In this document: piece by piece, positions 12,041-25,565 of the stretch | Numbering within the stretch: the first letter of the stretch is position 1 | Layout of the letters: every line of letters begins with the position of its first letter | Assembly (NCBI GenBank): GCA_028534125.1 | Contig: CM052828.1 | Coordinates: 12,648,001 to 12,712,000, forward strand | Reading direction: 5' to 3' | Length of the DNA: 64,000 nt | Source: Lama glama | Lineage: Eukaryota | Position numbers and translations under genes: made by a program | Notes under the pieces: model-generated | The model's database searches: none | Told to the model about the DNA's origin: nothing | The model's input: only the letters and a program-made list of their open reading frames with translations

Positions 12041-13086
12041 TCAGGAAATATTATTTCTCTTCTTCTCCTGAAGCACTGTATATGTATGATGTATTGCCAG
12101 ACATAAATATGGGAAGTTGTTTCCTTTTTTCACTAAAGACTAATACAATAAATGAAAAAATTTATCCCGAAAGAATTTGTCATCATGTCCTGTCACCCGA
12201 CTTCCTTACTGTTCCCCAGCCTCCCCCCTGCCCATCCCCACCGCACTGCCTAGCCCGGGCTCTCAGTGTTTCTCAGCCACATTACCCCAGGGCCTCAGAG
12301 ATGGTCTTCCTGGCTCTAGCCCTTCTTCTGTGTCCTCCAGGAGGCCCTGCCTCTGTTCAGGGCTACAGCGATCTTCTTACCGCCCTAGGGTGATGGCTGA
12401 CTGCCCCATTTTGAAGTGGCCGTCGTAGTTCAGTGCTTATTAACATCATCTTTACAAATTTAGGTGAACAAGACTATCCTCATGACTATGCTTGTTTTAC
12501 AAACTGAGGGAACAAAGCACACTTTTGCCAAGAATATTTGAGTGAAAATAAAGCATTTGGGGCAATTATTTCCTATTCATTGCACATCATGTGGGCAGTT
12601 AGGAAATCAGGACTGTGAATAAGAACAGGAACCTTTGTCAACTCCATGTCCTCTCACCACTCATATTTGTTCAGTACATACGTCCATTTCCAGAATAAGA
12701 GGGCCTGCGTTTTCCTGTCTCACAGTCAGAAGGAAAGGAATTGGTTACTCAGAGAAAATGCAAATCTCCGCGAAGAAGTTCTTTGAAAATAAGCTTACTT
12801 TCGTCTCCTAGGGATGAGTTGGATGTGGGCCTGAGTGAAGACAGGAGAGTAAAGTAGATGACCTTTCATTTTCCTTGACAATATTGATTTAATTCTGGAG
12901 TCTGTTTCTGCAATAATTCATCAGGGCAGAGGAATTATATTCCTTTTCATCACTTTTGTTTAAAAGTCCAGTGATCCCTGCCACCTCCTCCTCCTCACTC
13001 TGTCTCTTTATTTCTTTTATCTTTTGGTCCACATGGAAGCTATGTCAAAATAAAAGACAAACATGAAATTATCAAAATAAAATGCT

Positions 13087-13728
13087 GGGAGTTTTTTTGT
13101 TGTTTTTTAAATTATAGTCAGTTTACGATGCTGTGTCAATTTCTGGTATATAGCATAATGTTCCAGTCATATATATATATATTATATATACATATATTCA
13201 TTTTCATATTCTTTTTCATTATAGGTTACTACAAGATATTGAATATAGTTCCCTGTGCTGTACAGTATAAACTGGTTGTTTATCTATTTTATATATAGTA
13301 GTCAGTATCTGCAAATCTTGAACTTCCAATTTACCCCTTCCCACCCCTTTTCCCCCACCAGTAACCATAAGTTTGTTTTCTATGTCTGTGAGTCTGTTTC
13401 TGTTTTGTAAATTAGTTCATTTGTGTCTTTTTTTTTTTTTTAGGTTTCACATATAAATGATCTCACCTAACATTTTTCTTTCTTTCTGGCTTACTTCACT
13501 TTGTGTGACAATCTCCAGATCCATCCATGTTGCTGCAAATGGTATTATTTNNNNNNNNNNNNNNNNNNNNNNNNNNNNNNNNNNNNNNNNNNNNNNNNNN
13601 NNNNNNNNNNNNNNNNNNNNNNNNNNNNNNNNNNNNNNNNNNNNNNNNNNNNNNNNNNNNNNNNNNNNNNNNNNNNNNNNNNNNNNNNNNNNNNNNCATC
13701 TGTAGGTAGATATTTAGGTTGTTTCCAT
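13087..13728 (-). mobile_element. L1 3' end (artiodactyl/camelid type) containing an N gap 13551-13696
   Basis: T-rich tail, tatagttccctgtgctgtacagta, ggcttacttcact, atccatgttgctgcaaatgg. Candidate TSD taaaatgct at 13078-13086 and 13729-13737. Confidence 0.85.
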
Positions 13729-13794
13729 TAAAATGCTTTTTAATGTAAGTCCTTCAGTAAAAGGGTTTATAACCAATGCTGATCCTTACTATAA

Positions 13795-14000
13795 CTGAAA
13801 TGCATTTAGTGCTTACTTGGGGCCAGACTCTGTGCTAAGTACTCTGCAGAGATGATGTCGTATAACCCTCACCACACCCTTGGAAGCAGGTAATTTTATT
13901 ACCCTCATTTTAGAGATGAGGCATGGAGGAGGTAAGGAACTTGTTCAGTTAGTAAGGAAGCAGTTGGACTCCAGGGCCCTTGCATCTAACCTCTATGCTG
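13795..14000 (-). mobile_element. MIR SINE
   Basis: ctgtgctaagtact...ccctcattttagagatgagg MIR core. Confidence 0.7.
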
Positions 14001-15634
14001 TCAGTCTTAATGGATGGACATCTGCCCACAGTAATACTTCAATTGTAGTGAAGTCATATACTTTTCATACACTGGAGACCAGTAATGCAAAAACTTAGGT
14101 CAACATGAGATATAAAGGGTGCATACACACCTTGATTTCAAGAGGACTCATTCGCAACTCCCTTCCCTCTGAACTCCTTCACTGTTTCATATTCTTGGCT
14201 GTTTGGTCTCATCCCTTACCAATATGGTTTCCTGTCTCACATTCCTGAAATTCTGCAGCATACTCAACACTGATACTGATTTCAGTGGATACTCTGGCTT
14301 TTGGGGAATAGGAGCTGGGAGCAGAGCAGACTTTCCCTGCACTAGAGATGGGAGAACATGAGTGAAGTCTTGTGTAGGAGAGGAGTGGGGATCAGAGAGA
14401 GGGGTCTGTGAGTTAAGCCCTGGGAGTGGGAAGGGTAGAGCCCTCTTTGGGGAGTTCTGGATTTTGGAGAACAGTAATATTGTACCCTAATGTTTTACCA
14501 TATGCCACTTTTTTGTGTGATTCCATAAAATTTTCAGTGATAACCTCAGATGTGATGACATGCATAGAAATTAAGTAATTTGATTTCCAGTGAAAACTAC
14601 TGAAAGGCTGAGTTCATCTTTCAGTTGATTTCAGCCTGGATAAGGAAACACAAGTCTGACAGACAAAAGATTTTTGCTCAGACAGTGGGAAGTTGACATT
14701 GCATCGGGAATGGCAATCCCCGATGTTGGCTTAGGTCAGGGTCTGCCCACGGGAGAGGCGACTGAAAAGGTATGGCAGTGCAGGTCTTTGGAAGTGAGGA
14801 AGTGAAGACACTGAGTCAGAACTCATTCATAACACCCCTCGCACTCTGATTATCACGGCTTACTCCCTACTGCTATCATTATAACAAACCAGTCACTGTT
14901 TTTGTGTGTTTTCCACTTATTACATCTATATAACATCAAAATGTCCAGGTAGAAAGTGAAAAACTGAGAATCCTCAAGATGGTTTGGGTAACAACAAGCA
15001 TCCAGCTGTGGGAAGATAAAATGTCAAGGTGATTAATGAATCACCTTTATCAAGACATTTTGAAGTCAAGTAGAAATAGCCAGAAAGTGGATATTGGCAG
15101 ATGATTTCCTAGAAATGAAATCTGAAGTTGGAATAGGTCATTGCATCTAGCCTGAGAGCCTACAGAAAATGGGTCTCTAGACTAGTCCCAAATTAAAGCT
15201 GGCCCAAAAGATGAAAGGCAGACAAGAGCCTGGGAAGCCTGTCAAAGGAAAGATTTTGAAAATTTAGGCAGCAAGAGATGAATGACAAGGCCACAGCTAA
15301 GATGAAATGGCCTCAGAAGTAAGACCTACATGGGAAGCAAAGGTCGAGAAAAAGAGGAGGAAAAAAGCTCAGGATGGTTTAGTGGTGCAGGTCTGTGGGG
15401 AATATGCTTCTGAAAATAAAATAAAATGAGACATCAAAGAGGTCTTTACAAGTTTAAAGCCTTATTCTTACCTGCGATTGAAGGTAGGGTATAAATTTTA
15501 TTGGAGCGAAGTACAGATGAAGAACAAATCAAATTCAAGTGCACTACATAGCATTCTTAATGAAGTAGAAGAAATTGGAATTTTGGACAATAGAAATGGA
15601 GAGAAGAGGAACCAGTTCTATTGACCATGTTCTG

Positions 15635-15795
15635 TAGATGCTTCTGAGACACTACTGTGCATTGAATCATGTAAGGATCTTTGCTGCAGAGTTTGAGTCA
15701 TTATGTCTGCAGTGGAGCAGAGGAGTCTGCATTGCTCAAAAGCTCCCAGGTGATGCCAGTACTGCTTGTCCTCAGACCACACTGTAGGTGAGCAG
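15635..15795. mobile_element. MER5-family hAT-Charlie MITE
   Basis: tctgcattgctcaaaagctcccaggtgatgcc...cagaccacact. Confidence 0.65.
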
Positions 15796-16207
15796 GCTGT
15801 AGAGCAGAGGTTTCCACACTTGGACTCCCAAGAAGTCTCCCCAGGAAATACTGATAGGCAGCAAGCTTCCAGAACCAAATCTATTGAAAAACTTATTGGA
15901 ACCTAATTAATTCAAGAAACAGAGGAATCGGCACAGTCATGAGCTTCTTCAAATCAAACCATTTTCCCCCAGAAGCATGTGGAAAACAATATTGTAGATG
16001 TTTCTATAAAATATCTAGAGCAGTCAACAAAAATTTGGGGTGGTGTGGTATGTGTTTAATAAATTGTACACCATTTGTTGTATAGATTTTGAAGGCTGGA
16101 GTGGATCACAGAGGACCTACAGACACACGAACATATTTGTAGCTTCATTGGTCCTATTTTTAACTGTTTGGGTAATAAATGTGGCCAGTAACTTCTAGGT
16201 ATTTAAG

Positions 16208-16285
16208 GAGAGAGAGAGAGAACCTGGGTGTGTATGTGTGTGAATGTTGTGTTTGAAAGCGTGTGTGTGTGCGTGTGTGTGTGTA
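16208..16285. repeat. Interrupted (GA)n/(GT)n microsatellite
   Basis: gagagagagagag then gtgtgtatgtgtgtg...gtgtgtgtgtgcgtgtgtgtgtgt. Confidence 0.8.
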
Positions 16286-16902
16286 TGCACTAGGAGCGCA
16301 GGGCCAAGAAATGCTGACATCCAGCCTGAGTGTCACATCTTGAGCTACATTCAGGTGGTGAAAATGTGATGGTCCTCAATCACCTGCTCTCTTCCGACTT
16401 CACTGGACTCTTCCTCCAATTTTTGTAGACTCTTGTATCTCTTTGGGACTCAACAGGATTCAGTCTCTGCTACGTCCGATTTTGCCCCTTTTAGTAAAAC
16501 GTAATTAGATGCAAATACAAATCACAACTATTGTCAGAATTCAAATGAGTTCTGATGAGAATTAATATTTTCCAGTCATAGAAGTACTGATTCAGAGCAC
16601 ACAATAAGGCACAAATTCCAAATTAGGCAGAAACCACTCATTTCTCAAGCAGAAATAGCCATATTACATTCATCTTATAGGGATTAGAATTTTGCGATCC
16701 AGATACCAGAGCTTCATGCTATAAAAGGATTTCTTATCCTCCCTCTCAAATCTTACCCTCCATAATGACAGTTGAATAAATGAATATGTGACCAAATTAA
16801 TTGAATGCTGTTATCTTCACTTTACAGTTTTAATTTCAGATCTTTTCTCATTAACACCATCCAGGAAAGCATTATGTTAAACACACAACCATGATGTACT
16901 GT

Positions 16903-17560
16903 ATGTATTAATCAGAATTTTTGTGTTTGCAAGTGACAAACTAAACTCACACCAATTTAAAACAAAGGAGAATGAACTTAACTGATTCATGCAACTGTAA
17001 AATTGAGGTACACTTTGGGTACAATTGGACCCAAAGAAATCAATTTTTATTCTGTATAAATTCTGTAAAATTTTATTTTTAGTCTGTATCTTCTTCTGTT
17101 TCCTTTTGAGTGTTGGCCTTATTCATTCCTATTGCAGACAGTTTTTTCCGGTCAAGGAAGGTGTCTCAGAGCAATTTGAACTTAATAGACTTTAGGACCC
17201 AGGATCCCTGTGGAAGAAAAAGAACCTTTCCCCATTTCCATGGCAGAAACACCCTTGGGAAGGTTGTGATTCCACCCATCTTTGAAACATCATTGTGGCC
17301 ACAGTGAAGCCCTCTACTGGCCTCGCTTGGGTCACATGTCCATCTCTGTGACTGAAGTATGGTCAGCATTGTTTCCACCTTAACAACCTTGAGTGTAAGA
17401 AGGACGTTTCCCCTGGAGAAAGAGGTGATAGGCAGATTGATAATGTATTTCCCCTCCATTCCAGGTCTAGCTTGAATGGTAGGTGAGATGGGACCCCCAG
17501 GGGTGCTGTCAAGGACAAGAAGAGAAGTATCTGGAAGGGACTCAGGGAAATTTAATGGAT
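16903..17560 (-). mobile_element. Old MLT1 (K/L-like) LTR remnant
   Basis: tgtattaatcag...ttgcaagtgacaaac, cttgggtcacatgtccatctctgtga. Confidence 0.55.
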
Positions 17561-18199
17561 GAGACATGTAAACAACAGAAGAGTCTCAAGTTAACATATA
17601 TGTCCACATGTGCATAGTGAGATTTATATCTCTTGCTAGTGGACTTCAGACAAGCTATCAAGGTTAGAGTAACCTGTATTAGAAAATAAAAGTTATCTGG
17701 CTGCAGTGGGACTTCTTAGGAGATTTAACAAGCATGAAAGCATTTATTATTAAGTGAAGACATATTTCATAGTGATGCGTGATCTTGGATCTAAAATTAA
17801 CCCCAAATATCTTTAAAGCGTGATTATCATGATTGTGTGTTTTGTCAGGAAATCAGCTGAGCGCTAGAGAGCTGAGCTGTCAGGTGTTAGAGTAGTTGAT
17901 GAAAGCAACAAGCCAAAATGAAACTAAGAGTGAAGCCTTTCATCACCGGCTGTGATGGTGTAAGCAAGAGGCCAAAACCAGAGAAAGCACCTACTCCCTC
18001 CCACGCCCACTTTTCCCCAGGGAATGGCGCACCTGGCAGCTTCAAGCGGATCAGTGCATACATGGGGTCGTTTCACTGTTGAGGGAGCCCCACGCCCAGG
18101 TTTCCTGCACCCCTGTGGCTCTTATAGTTTTATAGATCATGTACAAACATGATCAGACTCATGTTTAACCTGGGGGCTGGAGGGAGGGAGGAAAGTGAG

Positions 18200-20610
18200 T
18201 GCTAGAAAGGGAAAAGTACTGGATATTAACTCACTTCAACATGATCCTTTGTCCTTTGTATTTTCTGCAAATTGGTGGTTGGATCCAAAGTCTTGATCAG
18301 GCACATGTTTAGTCCTCTCAGCAGGATTATGGGTGGTGCTGTGTTCTTTTCCCCCCAGCTAGCTGAAATATAATTGACATACATCACTGTGTACATTTAA
18401 GGTGTACAATGTGTTGATTTGATACACTTAATTATGGCAAAATGATTAGCACCATAACCTTGGTCAAATGCCTACATCACATCACATAATTACCATTTCT
18501 TTTTGTGGTTAAGAACATTTAAGGTCTACCCTCTTAGCAGCTTTGAAGTGTATAATACAGTATTATTAACTATAATCACTATGCTGTACATTAGATCCTC
18601 GAAAATTATTCATCTTGTAAGTGGAAGTTTGTACTTTTGGGGTGGTGCTGTGTTCTGTCTGGTCATTTCTTTTTGCCATGTCAGCAGCTGAGGAAGCTCA
18701 ATGCCTAGATCCATTAATTCACTAAGATTTGGAAGCAGTTGATATTTTTGTTTCATCCCTTCTTGTGATGTATTTATTGTAGAACTCTTTATAAAGAGGC
18801 ATTTCACTCACCTACGATTTAGTGACTGAGTGACACAGTTCATGCAGAAAGGCAGGATGAAAATTTTTCTCTTTCCCTTTGCTTGATTTTTAAGATGATA
18901 AGTTGGTTTCCTATCATTCTTTGAAGGTGAACAATCAGATTTTTAAAACACCGTTATGAACCCATTGATATAATGGACTTAGTCGATTGTAATTATCCTT
19001 TTGAATCTCAAACTGTTCCTCTTTGGCTGCTGGGAGCCTCTTCAAGTTGGTTTCTGAGTATTTCTGACATGACCCTGGTAGCCTTTGGGAGCTTCCTTGT
19101 CATCTGGTATTCCGGACTCATCTTTTCTGTTTCCTACTCTAGACCTGGAATCAGTCATTTTCCCCAATACATTTTAGGCTGTTTTGATGGCAAGGGTATT
19201 TATGACTGTACTCTGGGTGTTATTTCTTTCTAAACTTTTAGTAGGCAGAATCAATACGAAGCTCTGCATACTATATGCTACATAATCACATGAGTTCATA
19301 CTGACTTTAAAAATTACCTGTTTCTATTTGATCATTTATTTCTTGCAGCATATTTGACATGTAACATTATAACAGTGTCAGGTGTACAGTAAGATTTGAT
19401 ACGTGTATATATTGCAGAATGATCACAGTAAGTCTAGTTAACATCCATCACCATACATAGTCATCAACATTTTTTTCTTGTGGTGAGACATGAGTTCATA
19501 TTGATTTTTAATTCAAATTCAAATCTAAAAAGTATTAAAAATATTTTATATTACTTCTATATCTCATTTTTCCACACTGAGAATCCACGAATCTTGCTTC
19601 TCAAGGACCTGAGGAATGACAGAATTAAAAAATTTCATAAGTACTTATTTTCTTTTTCCCACATTATACACATAACAGTCTAAGTAATACTTCCATCACC
19701 AGTTTAATTTCCTTTTGTGTATGTGCTCACCATTCTTCTATACTTTTTTTGCAATTGTATCATGTCTACAATGTCGGAAATATAGATAATGTACGCTATT
19801 CTCTCTCCCTTTTATTCTTAATTTAGTTCCACAAGTAGATGTGTATTTAATATTCACCCCTCCTTATTTTGATATTTCTCCGATCACTTGAAATTCATTT
19901 TTCCACATATTTTTCAGTAAAGGCACATGGAAACAATGTTACCTAAGTTTTGCCATGTCAGTTTGTCTGTTGCCTTTATATTAGAAAGTCAGTTTAGCTG
20001 GTTATGTAATTATTGCTTCACAGTTTTCCTTGAGTATCTAAAATGTTACTCCCCTTTCTTCTGCCGCAAGCATTGATGTTCAAAATTCTAATGACAATAT
20101 ACTATTATTTCCCTTAAGTATTGCTTACTGGCTTTGCTTAGGTGACCATAGGATTTTTCCTTTTTCTTTAAAGCCTACTAATTTACTAGAACATGACTTA
20201 GTGGTGATCATTCTGGGTCCTCATTCTCAGCTACATGATATACTCCTACAATAGGTACTTTCAAAAAACTTTTTTTTCTTAATTTCAGGAAAGTTTCCTT
20301 GAATTAAATTTTCAAGTGTTTATTCTGTTTGCTTGTTTTAGGTTTCTTCTTTCAGGGTTCCTGCAACTATATAAAGAATCATCTTTGTCCATTTCAACAT
20401 GTGTCACATGTTCTTGAGCTCTTTTTATCTCTACATTTGTTTTTAATTAAAAAATATTTTCTCTTTTTCACCTTGTTTCTCTTAATCCATCATTTTTGTT
20501 GTGCTTATTTGCCTTGTGTTCCTTCTATTTTAGTCTTGATTTCAGAAATGAATTTTTATTTTATTTTTCTTTCTTTCCTGAGTCTTATTACCTCATTTCT
20601 GAGCTGAAGT
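18200..20610 (-). mobile_element. Ancient L1 (L1MC/MD-like) remnant hosting younger L1 3' ends (18348-18639, ~19330-19490)
   Basis: T-rich antisense L1 motifs (gcctcttcaagttggtttctgag, agacctggaatcagtcattttcccca). Confidence 0.65.
18348..18639 (-). mobile_element. 5'-truncated L1 3' end (L1MA9-like) with perfect TSD
   Basis: 17-bp TSD gggtggtgctgtgttct at 18331-18347 and 18640-18656. Body is the reverse complement of the family seen at 5728-6240. Confidence 0.88.
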
Positions 20611-21456
20611 ATTCTGTTGGCCCTATCAAGTAAAAGCGAACTGCAGCAAGATGTCATTTGGAAAAGACACATAGGAAGAAGCTGATCTGCTTCAAAGGAG
20701 ATCAAAATATTGAAAGGGACTTATTTAAAACAGATGAGAGCACATCACTTCCAAGGCAGGTTTAAGTCCCTATGTCTCTCATGAAGCTCATTTTCACCCA
20801 TACTTCTCCATTCATTAGGGGCTCAGGAGATAGATAAACAAATTATATAAGAGAGAGAAGCTATGTTTTCTTACACATCTCAGTAATTTCTGTAAAATTT
20901 TGATCCTACTAACCTAGGGCAGTCTCTATTCTAGAAAAAAATAAAGAAGGGATCTATACACAGTCTCCTCCTTCTGATGCCAGCCCAAATATCTGCACTG
21001 AGAGTAAAGGGAGAAAGTAGAAATCTGAATTACTTTGGGTTCATTTCTATTTTACCAGTCAGTCTAAATTTTCTATATCTTATTTTGGAATTATGCTTCT
21101 CCTAATACAGATAAAAATATGTAGCAATAGGAGTGATTGTGGATTGGAGGTAGTTTTCGGGGAGATCTTAACAGTTCAACATTACTAAAGAAAGGATATC
21201 TTTTTCTGAATTACTCTCTACAAAGCACCAAGAGAATATTATTGCTGGAAGAAATGAGATAAATTAAGGAGCAGAGTAAGATACATAATAAAGCAAATGC
21301 ATTTTGTATTTAAATATTCATTCAAAAACATTGATTATGTAGATATTGTTTTCTATACAATTTCTGGGCAATTTTGACAGTTTCTAATTGCTTGATTTCA
21401 GTTACTAGGCTCATCAAAACTATACACTTTCTTCTTCCTACAAAAATCACTTGTGA

Positions 21457-21561
21457 ATCAAAACAAATATATATATGTTTCTATATGACTGAAGCATTGT
21501 GTTGTACACCAGCAATTGACACAACATTGTAAACTGACTATACTTCAATAAAAATATATTT
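21457..21561 (+). mobile_element. Very short L1 3' tail
   Basis: tgactgaagcattgtgttgtacaccag...cattgtaaactgactatacttcaataaaa. Degenerate TSD aaaaatcacttgtga / aaaacatcatttgtga. Confidence 0.75.
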
Positions 21562-21964
21562 AAAACATCATTTGTGATATTTTAAATTTCTACAAAGAAT
21601 ATAGTCAAAAGATTTAATAGTCCAAAGCAAAAATGTAAAAGTTTAGAGATATTGTTATGTGGGATCAATCCATACAGAATTACATCAGATTATATCAAAT
21701 GGAAACACCTTAGATTTCAGTTTTGGCCTCTTCTAGGGAAAGTAAGGAAAAAATAAAATGCACAACAAATAAATCTTCACTGAACACTTTTGCTCTGTAA
21801 ATTACTATAAGATTGCAGGATAAACAACATGTGAGGTGACTAATTCACAAGTCAATATGAAGACAGATCTTCCAAGAGAAACTCTTTGTATTAAAGTTTA
21901 TCCCAAATTTCCAACTTGTGTGGGATTTACTGAATATATATAAACAGTCAATTATTTGTATCTT

Positions 21965-22160
21965 TGAAAGTTGTTATGAGAGTAGAGCTTTCCTATTCTC
22001 ACCACCACAACAAAATGGTAATTTATGAGGTAAAGAATGTGTGAGCTTACATTACTGTGGTAAACATTTTGAAATATATGCATGTACCATATCATCATGT
22101 TGTACACCTTAAACTTACACAAATTTGTATGTCAGTTACATCTCAGTAAAGCTGGGGAAA
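21965..22160 (+). mobile_element. L1 3' UTR fragment
   Basis: catgttgtacaccttaaacttacac...tctcagtaaagctgggga. Confidence 0.7.
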
Positions 22161-22279
22161 GGGAATGAATTTGAGACACTGATTATGAGATAAAGATGAT
22201 TTCCATGTCACCAAAAAGTTATTCACCAAAAGCACAAAGTGGAAGTAATTATACATTTTGGCAATGTTGATACTTTATT

Positions 22280-22680
22280 CCTTTATTAATTTTGGTGGGC
22301 ATTTATGAGTCAATTACTGTATGCCAGGAGTTCAGAGGACAGGACTAAAACTGAAGATATATCTGTGGAAGCCCTTGGCATGCATATAGTAATTGAAGAT
22401 ATTGCAGTGTTCAGAGAGTCTGTGGAGTAAGAAGAGAAGAGAAGTGAGCTTCAAGGAACATCAACACTTAAAGGATAGGCAGTGTGGGAGGAGCTGGCAA
22501 AGGAGACTGAGAGACTTGGCCAGAGAGGAAGGAAGGAACCAGAGAGCACGGTGCCACTGAAGCCCAGTGGAGAGAGTTTTCCCAACGAGTGTCAAATTCT
22601 GCTGAGAGTTCAGTCAAGTATGGAAAAATGCCCCTTAGATTTAGTCATAAGGAGGTCACTTGTGACGTTGGAGGGAGTGT
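22280..22680 (-). mobile_element. L2 LINE fragment
   Basis: ggcaaaggagactgaga...gtgtcaaattctgctgagag...ggaggtcacttgtgac. Confidence 0.65.
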
Positions 22681-23229
22681 TTCTGAATGAACATCTCTTG
22701 TGGGAGTCTCAGGCACCTGTAACACATTTCACAGGTGGTATGAGAGCCACTGGGCTGGACCTTTCACGATTCCTCTTTTGATTCACTATTACTCAGACCA
22801 CCCTCTTGCTAACCCATCTGATAGGCAATCTTATTGCCTGAGTAACAATAATAAACTTTTCTGGTTCCCTTAAAAGTAGATAGCAGTGAATTTTTTCTGG
22901 GCTTTCAGCCTTATAAGCCTCCGTAGCCTCAGGCTCAAAGTTCCCGTGGGCCCCTCTCCCACCCATGAACAGAGAATCACCATGGCTGCCAGCTTTCCTG
23001 GTCACTCTGAAGACAGTGTGGTAATCGAGACTTTTTTCAGAGAGGCTACAGAAGTCCTTGCTGAATTAAAACATCAGGAAGTGGAAACACCCAGGGGTCA
23101 GGTGCAGGGTGGGCAAAATGGAAACTTCGGCTCCAGGGCATGGAGTCATCTCTCTAATTGACTTGGTAGATCGTTCTACTGAGAGAAGGAGCATTGTGAG
23201 TCAGTGTTTGGGAAGGTGCCTGATAAAAA

Positions 23230-23710
23230 TAGTAACTGTAACGTTAAGGATAATAAGTTACCATATATTAAGCGCATTCTAAGTGCTAACTGTTTTACAA
23301 AATTCACCTCTAATTCTCTCAAAAAGGAGTACATTCGTTTTCACTAATACTTTCTAGACAGAGAAACAAACTGAGGTAGTTAAACACGTTTTCCAAAATC
23401 ATAGTACTGATGTGAATACTAAGCTAGGTCTGTCTGATACAAGACTCAAGTTTTTAACTACTTCTATATTCTGTCAGGATAAATAATACCAGCCTCTATT
23501 TACTGAATTAATATTAAGTATGAGATATTATATGTGCATTGTTACTAATTTGGCAAATTGGTGTTCCCCCCCCCCATTTTACAGATGGTGAAACAAATGT
23601 TCAGGAAAGATTAATAATTTGCCCGAAGTCACACAGCTAGTTTGGAGAACTGGGATTCAACCCCAGGTGTGCGAGCTCCAAAACCTTTTTTTTTTTTCCC
23701 ACCGAGCCAC
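23230..23710 (-). mobile_element. Two MIR SINE fragments
   Basis: cccattttacagatggtgaaac...ttgcccgaagtcacacagctag...gggattcaaccccagg. Confidence 0.7.
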
Positions 23711-24828
23711 ACTGACTTCTGGGGCCAAGGACCTTCCTGGGTATGAAGAGAAGAAGTGAGCTCAGTGAGGGTAGAGTTACCTGACCTTCCAGATGGAGCT
23801 AGAATTAAATGTCTGCTTTATTTATCTAGGAAAATTTATACAAAAGAAAAAGAAAGAATGTAGCATATGTCCCTGGAAATGGAATACCTCAAGCTTAATG
23901 TATCCCTTGTGAATGTAGAATTTATCAACCAAGACAGATGGCTGGCCTTGTGGAAGCAGAGAGTGCAAGGAATTTTGAAAGCCCAGCATCATTCAAGGCA
24001 TGGGAATTCAGTTCTAGGGGCTGAAGTTCACAGCTTGTGAAGGGAACATTTGGAGAAGTGATGGAGAAGGCAACTCACCTTGAGACACAACACATAGCTG
24101 TTTGATTTCAGGATGCTGATGTGTGTCTTATTATGTTATTCCTGAGGTGGGTCCGTTGCATTTGAATGAACCTGTAGGTGGTCTTTGGATTGGATCTGCG
24201 GTCTGTGTGCTGCTTGCCCAGGTGTAGGAACTCAGTAAATCAAAGGCTGCATCAGAAACGTGACTTTCCCCCCAAAGACACACATTTCTACCTAGGAATT
24301 CTGGGGAGTTTTGACTACATCACAAAGAAGTGGTCAGGACAAAGAGAGGGTAAAATAGACTCCTTAGATCAGAGACACTTTTCCTAAATGTTTTGTCTCT
24401 TTTTCAATGAGCAGTGAAGGCGCTTCAGTCCCTATGACTACCCTTTCATTATCTGCTGTTCAGCTAGGGAGCCAGCAGTGAACCGGAGGAAATCACATTA
24501 CTCAGCCTATCACCTGGAATTTAATTAAGAAGTCAAGGCAAATGAGTATCATTTTGTGGGAGTTCTAGAATCTTGGGGGTGCTAAGGGGTGGACTCTGGT
24601 CAAAATTCAGGATAAGAGCAGAAAAGAGTTATGGACTAGTGATGGGACGTTTTTCAATTTAATTGCTTGGGNNNNNNNNNNNNNNNNNNNNNNNNNNNNN
24701 NNNNNNNNNNNNNNNNNNNNNNNNNNNNNNNNNNNNNNNNNNNNNNNNNNNNNNNNNNNNNNNNNNNNNNNNNNNNNNNNNNNNNNNNNNNNNNNNNNNN
24801 NNNNNNNNNNNNNNNNNNNNNNNNNNNN

Positions 24829-25565
24829 TGGTCCCACTTGTTTACCTTTGTTTTTGTTGCCTGTACTTTTGGCATCATATCGATGAAATTATTGCCAAGA
24901 CCAATAATATAAAACTTACCATCACCTCCATGTTTTCTTCTAGGAATTTTACGGTTTCAGGTCTCACGCTTAAGTCTTTAAACCACTTTAAGTTGATTTT
25001 TGTGTATGGTATAAGATATGTTATTTACATATTCTGTTATATGTGGATATCCAGGTTTTCCAACACTCTTNNNNNNNNNNNNNNNNNNNNNNNNNNNNNN
25101 NNNNNNNNNNNNNNNNNNNNNNNNNNNNNNNNNNNNNNNNNNNNNNNNNNNNNNNNNNNNNNNNNNNNNNNNNNNNNNNNNNNNNNNNNNNNNNNNNNNN
25201 NNNNNNNNNNNNNNNNNNNNNNNNNNNNNNNNNNNNNNNNNNNNNNNNNNNNNCAACAAATGGAACGCTATCTTGTATTNNNNNNNNNNNNNNNNNNNNN
25301 NNNNNNNNNNNNNNNNNNNNNNNNNNNNNNNNNNNNNNNNNNNNNNNNNNNNNNNNNNNNNNNNNNNNNNNNNNNNNNNNNNNNNNNNNNNNNNNNNNNN
25401 NNNNNNNNNNNNNNNNNNNNNNNNNNNNNNNNNNNNNNNNNNNNNNNNNNNNNNNNNNNNNNNNNNNNNNNNNNNNNNNNNNNNNNNNNNNNNNNNNNNA
25501 TTATGAAGCTACAGCAATCAAAACAGTATGGTACTGGAATAAAGACAGATATATAGACCAAAGAA
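24829..25565. mobile_element. L1 ORF2 fragments separated by N gaps: - strand at 24829-25070, + strand at 25254-25565
   Basis: - frame gives MPKVQATKTKVNKWD; + frame gives NKWNAIL and YEATAIKTVWYWNKDRYIDQ, both conserved L1 ORF2 peptides. Confidence 0.85.

Noticed and set aside
14702-14725. Inverted repeat catcggg...cccgatg
   Set aside because: 7-bp arms are expected by chance in 64 kb; no supporting context.
21330-21430. Faint resemblance to retroelement pol motifs (DYVDI, FLG...DFS)
   Set aside because: The motifs are incomplete and far too close together, with stops. An HMM search would be needed; 20.6-21.9 kb and 14.3-16.2 kb stay unassigned.
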